Below, one piece after another: positions 1 through 8,000 of a stretch of 14,165 bases of DNA. The DNA lies in assembly GCA_014728035.1 (NCBI GenBank), contig WJMJ01000064.1, forward strand, positions 1 to 14,165, given 5' to 3'. The notes below the pieces were generated by a model that saw only the letters and a list, made by a program, of their open reading frames with translations, did no database searches and had not been told where the DNA came from. Position numbers and translations under genes: made by a program. The stretch comes from Promethearchaeota archaeon (lineage in GTDB: Archaea; Asgardarchaeota; Thorarchaeia; Thorarchaeales; Thorarchaeaceae). Position 1 is the first letter of the stretch; the number at the start of each line of letters is the position of its first letter.

Positions 1-850
1 AATTCATAGAGGGAGAAGTCTATACACAATCTCAGATATTCAGAGTAATTTTACCAGTTCCTAAGACCGAACACACAGCAGTCATGTTGAGGTTAAATTT
101 GGAAACCGACTACTATGATGATGAATACGACCCTAAGAGCTCATGGATTTACTATATCGGAGAAGGACAACCAGACAAGGGACATCAGACATATAGTCAT
201 GGTAACAAAACCTTGGCTCAGGCTGGATCAAAGACATTCACCTCTTTGTTCACGACCCAAGTATAGCTGAAGGCTCATGGATATATCGAGGAATATGGAA
301 ACTTCAGGGATACGAAGATAATCATGTGACCAGACAGAAGATAAATGGTGAGAACCAGAGAGTTTTCAGATTCTGGATTTCTAAGAGAGAATTTCCAAAG
401 CTTAGTAATGAAGAAGTTATGAGAATCACTTCCAAATTGGGAATGGCTCTTGAATTTGATACATTTGTTAACCCCAATATTGCATCATCAAAAGCAATTT
501 CGGAGATAACCTCAATTGATGAGATCCCACCGGAGTTCGTAGGATTTAAGGAAATAACGAACATTGATTCCATATGGTCCAAAGAAGTACCACCTCTCTA
601 CTTCTTCAAGATCTGTGATAATTACGGCCTCTCAGATGTTTTTGAAATGTTTTACAAAATGAGAGCTCTTGATGTTAGATTTGTATTGATTGGATATGAG
701 AACCAGAGAGAACAATTCGAGGAATTGCTAAGAGAAAGACCATATCTCATGATAAAAGAACGATATCACTTCTGGTCCCATTTTGAACTACTTCAATTCT
801 ATAGAACTGCAACTGAATTTGTAAAACAGAAGAAGAAATTTCTTACCTGA
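1..850 (+). pseudogene. 5'-truncated, frameshifted gene: SRA/YDG-like domain plus C-terminal degenerate PD-(D/E)XK restriction-endonuclease-like domain
   Basis: The frame of ORF 84..266 is open from base 3: FIEGEVYTQSQIFRVILPVPKTEHTAVMLRLNLETDYYDDEYDPKSSWIYYIGEGQPDKGHQTYSHGNKTLAQAGS. This matches the SRA pattern Y.D.......Y.G.G....Q....GN..L. The frame of ORF 326..850 is open from 206 and reads KDIHLFVHDPSIAEGSWIYRGIWKLQGYEDNHVTRQKINGENQRVFRFWISKR, the expected second half of an SRA fold. A -1 shift around GGATCAAAGAC (about 225-235) joins the halves. The C-terminal part (IDSIW...FFKIC...VLIG...RPY...RYHFWS) resembles REase-like IDVIW...FEVE domains. Pseudogene, assembly error and recoding cannot be distinguished here. 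Confidence 0.65.
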
Positions 851-953
851 AATAAAATATGAATCATTAATATTCCAGAATGAACTATTAAAGTTAGATT
901 CATAACTTACTGTGTTGATTTGTTATTGAATATGCTAATTAAAAATACTTTTC

Positions 954-1661
954 GTGATTGAGGTTATGGTTTTGGAGTATGAAAAAATTTGGAGAGAGAA
1001 ATGGCTCGAAGATGCAAGAGGGTTACTTCAGTGGATTGAGAAAAGGAACAAAGTTCCAATCTCGTTGTTTATCAGACATTCACATAGAAAGCATTCTGAT
1101 GATCAAGAAGAGCTCCTGAATATGAGGTTAACACCTAGAGGACACCAAGCTGCAGTCCTATTTGGAACAAAAATACCCAAAAACAAATCGGTGTCAATCT
1201 ATCACAGCGAACACCCAAGATGTGTTGAAACCGCCGAGAGAATACGTGAGGGTTGTATACGATCAAACATCAGCTGTTCGATAGAGGGTCCTATTCGTGA
1301 GTTGTTAGGTCCAATGGTTCACAGTTCAATCGGGCACGAGTTGGTTGAATACGGTATTGATGGATTCATCAATAGATGGGCAAGAGGAGAGTTTCCGAAG
1401 ACCCAAATAGAACCCATAAGAAGCTATTCGACAAGATTATGGGAAAATACTGTAGGGCTCCAAGATACAAGATCACATGAAATGCATATCCATGTATCAC
1501 ATGATTTGGTTTTAATGAGTGTTAGATGTGGTATTTTATCCATAGAAGCTTCACAAAGTAATTGGATACCGTTTCTTGGAGGCTTCGGAGTCTATCAGGT
1601 ATCAGATCAGTTCAAATGGTATGAAAAAGGGAAAGAATACAGCGTGGTAGAAAAACACTGA
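954..1661 (+). CDS. Histidine phosphatase superfamily protein (paralog 1); true start may be ATG 966 or TTG 972
   Basis: Catalytic motif IRHSHR (RH at 1074-1079), LTPRGHQAA, SEHPRCVETA and second catalytic His in HVSHD. GAGGT at 960-964 favours a start downstream of GTG 954. Confidence 0.88.
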   Translation: MIEVMVLEYEKIWREKWLEDARGLLQWIEKRNKVPISLFIRHSHRKHSDDQEELLNMRLTPRGHQAAVLFGTKIPKNKSVSIYHSEHPRCVETAERIREGCIRSNISCSIEGPIRELLGPMVHSSIGHELVEYGIDGFINRWARGEFPKTQIEPIRSYSTRLWENTVGLQDTRSHEMHIHVSHDLVLMSVRCGILSIEASQSNWIPFLGGFGVYQVSDQFKWYEKGKEYSVVEKH

Positions 1662-1683
1662 GTAATAATCGAGGTCGGTTATA

Positions 1684-2385
1684 GTGAGTAATGATTGGAA
1701 AACACATCCATGGCTGGATAGTGCTAAACGAATTCTAAATAATATTTCAGAATCTGCTCCCTCTATGATTGTTGTAAGACATTCACACCGAGAGGATTCG
1801 ACAGATGTTGATGAACTACTGAAAAAGCGATTAACACCAATTGGACATGAGATGGCTTTTGAGTTTGGAAGAAGACTCCCAAAGAAAAAACATCTACAGC
1901 TTTTCTATAGTAAACATCCGCGCTGTGTTGAAACTGCAGAAGGCATCCTCAGGGGGCACAAGAAAGATGATGGAAACGGAGAAATGGTTCAAGATATCAG
2001 AGTCTTGCTTGGGCCTTTTGGTAGTGGTGAGAAAATAGGTGATAGCATGATCACACTCGGAGGGATAAAATTCGTGAATGATTGGATCCTGAATAAATTT
2101 TCTACAGATGTCATAGAAAAACATGAGGATTTCAAAAGACGATTCATTAAGGAAACAATTGGAAGATTGATGGATTCCTCTGAGGATGTAATTCAGTGTC
2201 ATGTCACCCATGATTTGGTTCTCATGGGGGCAAAATGTGCATTGTTCAATATGGATGCATCAGATGAAAACTGGACTCCCTATCTCGGTGGAATTGTAGC
2301 GTGTCGAAAAGAAAGTGGAGGGGTTTCCATCTATGAAGCGGAAACCCACAAAAGAATCAGTATTAATTCACGCATCTACCAGTAG
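1684..2385 (+). CDS. Histidine phosphatase superfamily protein (paralog 2)
   Basis: VRHSHR, LTPIGHEMA, SKHPRCVETA and HVTHD motifs. GAGGT at 1671-1675 lies 8 nt before the GTG start. Starts 22 nt after paralog 1. The 3' end overlaps the convergent MATE gene by 18 nt (2368-2385). Confidence 0.9.
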   Translation: MSNDWKTHPWLDSAKRILNNISESAPSMIVVRHSHREDSTDVDELLKKRLTPIGHEMAFEFGRRLPKKKHLQLFYSKHPRCVETAEGILRGHKKDDGNGEMVQDIRVLLGPFGSGEKIGDSMITLGGIKFVNDWILNKFSTDVIEKHEDFKRRFIKETIGRLMDSSEDVIQCHVTHDLVLMGAKCALFNMDASDENWTPYLGGIVACRKESGGVSIYEAETHKRISINSRIYQ

Positions 2386-3750
2386 GGTTGCTCCACTATG
2401 ATAACGATCAAGCAGATGTCGTACGAGAATGTATGTGATTATGATGTCTATGAAGTCAACAAATACGAACATCAACATCACTGATTCATACACCTGTGGA
2501 AGTATCAGTAATTCCATCATGTAGAAGAATGGCACAATGACGCCTAGATTCAAGATTAGACTTACTATCAATATGTAATACGTCTTACCAGTCCCAAAGA
2601 AAAGACTTCTGAGATTCATGGATACCGCGAATATGATATATGGTAGAATCTGCCACCAAAACATGATAGTAGAATAACCCACAACCTCTGCATTCTCAGT
2701 GAAGAAGAATCCCATTGCATCAATACTGAAAGCTCCCATAATACCAAATCCACCAATGATAACAAAAGCTAATGAACATGAAGTCCAAAGAAGACTCGTG
2801 ATTTTTTCTTCCGAGTCGGACTCTTTCAGATAGTTGCCAACACGAATACTCGTACCCTGTGATATGGCAATTACTGGAATCAGAGCGGTCCACATTATCC
2901 TCTGAAAGAGCTGGAATCCTGCATATTGGTTGGGACCCATAAAATTCAAAGTCTGAAGAACAAAGAAGTAGAAGAAGTTACGGACAAACGAGTCCAGACC
3001 AGTCCAGCCACCCACCTTGAAGAGAGGTTGAGAGTGTGAGATTAACGGATCCAATCCCCATTCTCTTCGCCGCATTTGAAGAGTCCACACTGCAGCACCA
3101 AATGCAAGTAAACAGTAAACCACATTTGATATCAGATATCCTTGAGCTACACCAATCAAACCTAATTGTAGTGAGAAGGGTAATGGAGATACCAACAAAA
3201 CATCAAGTGTCATGTTCAGTCCAACATTGATAGTAACTATAGCCAATGCTAGTTTTGCCTTATCCATCGATTTCAGACCGACCAACAATAACAATGACAG
3301 TGAAGCGAATGGGAGAGCTATTGCACGCAATGATAGATAGGAAACAGTCTGGTCAACAAGCTCTGGAGCAGTCCCAATGAAATCAACAAACAGATTCATG
3401 TTGACCAATATTGCCACTGCAAGTATCGAGGAGAGAACCAACTGTAGAACCAATCCTGCTACAAGCTGCTTGACGACAAGATTCCGATCTTTGTAGTTCT
3501 GACTCACAAGAGCTAATACACCGAAAGGTATGGTTTCATTCACAATCTCTATCAGAATCCCCATGAATTCATACTGCTCAGCAATGGCAAGGGCGCTGTA
3601 GTCAATATGACCAACCCAGTATGTATTAACCATCGAGTAGATTCTTGGAATCAACATCGATAAGAAAATGAAAATCATGAAATCCCAAGGATATTCTTTC
3701 AACATTTCCACATATCTAGAAAATAAACTACTATCCGTTTCTTTAGTCAT
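2368..3750 (-). CDS. MATE-family (multidrug and toxic compound extrusion) transporter
   Basis: 460 aa with about 12 hydrophobic segments in two halves. MATE-like motifs: VNTYWVGHIDYSALA, YLSLRAIALPF, GLKSMDKAK, LNMTLDVLL, LGLIGVA, SIRVGNYL, FFGTGKT. GAGGTG RBS on the minus strand at 3761-3756. Confidence 0.88.
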   Translation of the reverse strand: MTKETDSSLFSRYVEMLKEYPWDFMIFIFLSMLIPRIYSMVNTYWVGHIDYSALAIAEQYEFMGILIEIVNETIPFGVLALVSQNYKDRNLVVKQLVAGLVLQLVLSSILAVAILVNMNLFVDFIGTAPELVDQTVSYLSLRAIALPFASLSLLLLVGLKSMDKAKLALAIVTINVGLNMTLDVLLVSPLPFSLQLGLIGVAQGYLISNVVYCLLAFGAAVWTLQMRRREWGLDPLISHSQPLFKVGGWTGLDSFVRNFFYFFVLQTLNFMGPNQYAGFQLFQRIMWTALIPVIAISQGTSIRVGNYLKESDSEEKITSLLWTSCSLAFVIIGGFGIMGAFSIDAMGFFFTENAEVVGYSTIMFWWQILPYIIFAVSMNLRSLFFGTGKTYYILIVSLILNLGVIVPFFYMMELLILPQVYESVMLMFVFVDFIDIIITYILVRHLLDRYHSGATLLVDA

Positions 3751-3930
3751 AATAACACCTCAATTAGTGTATACCACGTATTGGTTTAGATTTAAGAATC
3801 GAAATATATGAGTCTCACGTTTTTTTCAGACATACGAGTTTCTCGGTAACCAGTCTTCAGTGAATCATCAGGTTAGAAATTGCTCATCATAGCTAAAGAA
3901 GCGACTTAAGAATCATGAGGCATCTAGTAT

Positions 3931-3959
3931 TGTAATGCATAATTTTTTCATGCATTACA
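3931..3959. promoter_or_regulatory. Perfect 10-bp inverted repeat (TGTAATGCAT-N9-ATGCATTACA); candidate operator in the divergent MATE/radical SAM intergenic region
   Basis: 3931-3940 TGTAATGCAT is the exact reverse complement of 3950-3959 ATGCATTACA, with a 9-nt A/T-rich spacer. It ends about 42 nt upstream of the likely radical SAM start (ATG 4002), just before an AT-rich TATA-like tract. Confidence 0.6.
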
Positions 3960-4001
3960 TGTATTTTTGTGTATATTTGCATAAAATATTCATATAGTAG
4001 T

Positions 4002-5024
4002 ATGACGTATTTACAAGAACAGCAAAGGAATTTGCCAGGATTCGATGAAAAAACAAAGGTCACCAAAATCGAGGGATACCTCAATCAAATGAGAATCTTT
4101 GTTAATGGAAGATGTAATCATAGATGTAGATATCCGAATGGTATAATGTGGTGTCATTCACGGACCGAGATGGCAGGAGAAAAAGGGGATATGAGAAAGA
4201 AAAATTGGATTATGCTGCTTGATGGAATGAAGAGATGGAGAATGTCATCTCTAAAGATTGCAGGAATGGAACCTACAATCCATCCCCATCTACTTGATCT
4301 ATTAGATCTGACACAATCGTATAAAATTGATGACTTCTCCATAACAACAAATGGATCACGTCTCGAAAGATTTCTACCATATCTTATTGAAAGAGGAATG
4401 ACTCAAATCACAGTATCATTGCACTCAATGGACCCAATAATTTTCAAGAACATTACTGGAGGAAGTATCCGACCTATATGGGAAGCATTGGATGTCTGTT
4501 CTGAACACGATATCAAAGTTAAATTGAATGTTGTTGCACTTAAAAATTTGAATGATGATATTTCAGCACTTCTAGACTATGCATCGTTGAAAGAGTTTGA
4601 ACTCAAGCTCTATCAGTTGTTATGGCAACCACACAATACTAGAGAATACCAGAAATACCATATCGATTGGAGAGAAATTATTCAACCATATGTATGTGAC
4701 TGGAAAGGGCTTGAACTCATCGAATATGTCGATTCTCAACGATATCGTTATTCATTCGAAACCGAAACGGGCTCAATAGTAACTGTGAATGGATTTGACC
4801 GCAAGGATTCAAGCAAGTATCATCTATGTAGAACATGTCAATATCGAAACAGATGTGAAGAAGGATTGATGGGTTTTGGCTTTGAAACTGAATATAATCT
4901 TAAATTGAATCCATGCTATCTACGTCCAGAATTTAATTTTGATTTGAAGCCGTTTCTTAGGGAAGAATTTGAGAAAGTCATTGGATATTTGAACGCAATC
5001 ACATCTAAAGGAGGTAATTTATAG
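4002..5024 (+). CDS. MoaA-like radical SAM enzyme with non-canonical CX3CX8C motif and C-terminal auxiliary Fe-S motif (ORF track starts at GTG 3969; ATG 4002 preferred)
   Basis: MRIFVNGRCNHRCRYPNGIMWCH (Cys codons at 4113, 4125, 4152), GMEPT (GGEP variant), SITTNGSRL, VSLHSMDPIIFKNITGG, VKLNVVALKNLNDD, and C-terminal CRTCQYRNRCEEG...LNPC (Cys at 4827, 4836, 4854, 4914). The motif order follows GTP 3',8-cyclase (MoaA), but key residues differ, so no gene symbol is given. Confidence 0.88.
   Translation: MTYLQEQQRNLPGFDEKTKVTKIEGYLNQMRIFVNGRCNHRCRYPNGIMWCHSRTEMAGEKGDMRKKNWIMLLDGMKRWRMSSLKIAGMEPTIHPHLLDLLDLTQSYKIDDFSITTNGSRLERFLPYLIERGMTQITVSLHSMDPIIFKNITGGSIRPIWEALDVCSEHDIKVKLNVVALKNLNDDISALLDYASLKEFELKLYQLLWQPHNTREYQKYHIDWREIIQPYVCDWKGLELIEYVDSQRYRYSFETETGSIVTVNGFDRKDSSKYHLCRTCQYRNRCEEGLMGFGFETEYNLKLNPCYLRPEFNFDLKPFLREEFEKVIGYLNAITSKGGNL
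5009..5015 (+). promoter_or_regulatory. Shine-Dalgarno site of the NACHT gene inside the 3' end of the radical SAM gene; stop/start overlap
   Basis: AGGAGGT at 5009-5015, 8 nt before GTG 5024. The TAG stop (5022-5024) shares its G with the GTG start (TAGTG). Confidence 0.8.
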
Positions 5025-8000
5025 TGCCGATTGAAAAAGAGATGATTCCAGAAATTCTTAGAGATCTGGGAGCATTGGGGAAGATTGGTGATGCTGAACA
5101 AATCTTGGATATTGGACGAGATAACAAATGGACATTCCGGCTTCTCCTAATCGCGTATCTTATCAAGGGTACCACATTCCATGAGATTTCAAAAATAATT
5201 GAATTCGGATTTTCGAAGGAAAGGAAAGATTCACTATATTATATCTTTCAATTTGGCAAAATTAGAAGTAACCTCTCTATGCCTGAGAAATGGTTTGAAA
5301 ATGAGGAAGAGTACATCAATGGTTCAAAGAATGCTAGAAGCATACCTAGTAGAAGAGAGGATTTATTCAGGAAAACTGAATTAGGATATGAGTTGGAATC
5401 TAAAAATGGAGCTGATGGAATAGCTCTGATTCTATTTACAGAACTACTTCAAGCATTTCTCAAAACCTATGGAACTAGTTTCAATCAGATTATTGAAAAT
5501 GCTTCACAGGAAGAAAAATCTGAGAAACTATTTCAAAGAATATTTCTTTTAGATGATGAAGGACAAAAAACTTGGCTATTTGACAAAGTCCAGAATATCA
5601 TTGAATCATATCCTGCGTTGAGTTCTATTTCGAAAACAAGTAGAGACGAGAAAGACATTCTTCCACACATACAACTAGCATTGCTGGAAAAACTTAGAAA
5701 ACATAATCATGCTTTTCGTCAAAAACCAAGAAAGAAGAAACTTCTAATTGAATATGAACCGATCTATTTACTTTCAGAGCATTCTGATGACGGAGAGAAG
5801 TTTAGTATCAACAAATGGCTCAAGAATTCTCTAGAGTATGATCAAAACAATGATACTGAAATGAAACCGAAAAAGAATCCCATCCTTCTTGTGGGATCTG
5901 CTGGAAGTGGAAAGACATTCTGGATGATTAATAAATCGGTTGAATTATGGAATCAGTTCATAAAAGATACATATGAGGACAAGCATAATAGACTGATACC
6001 TATTTTCCTTGAATTGGGGTCAGTATCCTTTGGAAAAACAAAACGAGGTAATACATTACTATATGGCGAAAAAGACCCCATTTGGTATGTAGAAGATGAA
6101 CCTGAAGAGGTATCTTCTGGATTTCTGAGGGACAATACACTAGGAGCAATGCTCGAGAAATCTTCTCAATATATAAGAAAGATTCTAGAAAGATGGGAAC
6201 ATCAAGATATAGAATTTGTAATATTTCTGGATGGATGGGATGAATTAGGGCCATTGGAAAAGAATGAGTTGAAGAGGTTCATTTTGGCGTGTATCGAAAA
6301 TGAGATTCATTGTATTATTAGTTCGAGGTCAAGAGACAATCACATCACAAATCTTGTTTCTGATAGTTTCATGATAGATAAGCCTGATGATGAAAATTAT
6401 GTAGAATATCTCAGATTTCGTAATATGGAAGATGACTTCTTAGGACGAATCAGCAATTGGTTTCCAGACCTTACACCACTCGATCTCGAAATCTTAGGAA
6501 GAGTTCCAAAATTAGAAGAGATTAAACAGGGAAGAGTACCAGTTTATAGAACATGGATTGAACTTCAGACCTTACCATCAGAAAGCAGGGTATCAAAATT
6601 GAAATCTAGGACTACACTTGATAAATTGATGGAACGAGAATTGTTTGAGGGGATTCCATTAATGAAGTGGATTAGAGAAAGAAGTAATCCAAGTTCAGTG
6701 TGGAATATACTTACAAAAACTGCACTACTGCAAAGAGATGGTAATAATACTAGATTAAGTTATGATGAATTAATCAAAGAAAATCCTCTTCTGGAGAATC
6801 TTTTAGAGAAACGATATGGATCAGGTGATTCCCCACATCCAGAAATTTCGAGAAATCATTTGATTCCTTATCTCTCTGCAGAATACACCTTTAGAAAATA
6901 TCTTCAGGGAGAAAATGTATCGTTTGAAGGCGATATTGAAACGTTCACCTTTCTCGTAGAAATTCTAAGATACGATTCCGAAAGAAGAAGACTTGATAGT
7001 TTTCCAGAATACATGGTAAAGTTGACATCTATGGAAATAGCTGTCATGATTCATTTGGAATCTGAATCAAGAAGATTAAGATTTAACACACATCCAATAG
7101 AATTGAAACCGAAATTTCTATCCAGAAATATCATGTCAACACCAATGTATACTGCTTTGTTCAGGGCTTTTATCAGATACTGGAACAGTTCAAAGAATGA
7201 GAATATTCGCTACCTGATTCTAAGACATTACACTGCACTTCTTGAAAAAGAGATTAACCCAGAGAATTTTATCATTCCAGTATTGGAAATAGAGGAGAAA
7301 CTTGGCAATATTAGCTATTATAACTTCAAATCTGATAATGCATCTCAAGATGATCTGCAAATCTATGATGTAGAAGGATTTCTAAAATTATCATTAGACC
7401 GTTCTTCCATTGAGAAATTCTTGGTGAAATCTTTACATCAACAGCCGTGGCTATTGCCATGGGTTTGTAGAATTGTATCTGATGAATTCATTCCTGATAT
7501 AAAAGGAATTGCTGAAAAAATGTCGGATGAAAAGGTGATTCTTGATTTTGTCAGAGTTCATACCAATGATTTCTCGCAAATGGATAAAACTTGGCTAGAG
7601 TTTCTAATTACTAATGCCAAACGTTTGGAGTCAGTTCTTCTATGGGATAAAACAGCTATTTACATCATACAAAATCAAACATCGATTGATGAAAGCGAAA
7701 TTGGGTATCTTCTTGAAGTGATGTCAAAAACACATGTTAATGAACATAGAAAATTCGGAATTCTGAATTGCTTGAAAAGAGTGAAAGTGAAACTTTCTGA
7801 TAAGAGAATCCGAGATATCTCGAAAATGATATTAAATGGACAGTTGGATCTCAAGTATGGAATTGCGATAATTATAATGCAAGAGAACGCTGATATCACC
7901 GTAGAACAAATCATCAAAACACTGAAAGACACAAAAAGTAGAAGATGGGTGGAATTACTAATTCCGGGACTTCTTAGAGAAGATTACGACGATGAAAAAG

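Noticed and set aside
3808-3849. Short ORF MSLTFFSDIRVSR as a RiPP precursor for the radical SAM enzyme
   Set aside because: Only 13 codons with no RBS or precursor-like features. The enzyme has no RRE domain or full SPASM motif.
3969-4001. GTG 3969 as the radical SAM start
   Set aside because: The extension (YICIKYSYSS) runs through an AT-rich promoter-like tract with no RBS, so ATG 4002 is more plausible.
4002-5024. Calling the radical SAM gene moaA or a viperin
   Set aside because: Cys spacing, auxiliary motif and GTP-contact residues differ from MoaA, and no Moco genes are nearby. The near-terminal GG (KGGNL) is explained by the downstream gene's SD. It has TTNG and an auxiliary Cys cluster rather than viperin-type motifs.
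5714-5745. Basic patch RQKPRKKK resembling a nuclear localisation signal
   Set aside because: Short Lys/Arg runs are expected by chance in AT-rich genes, and there is no supporting evidence in a prokaryote.
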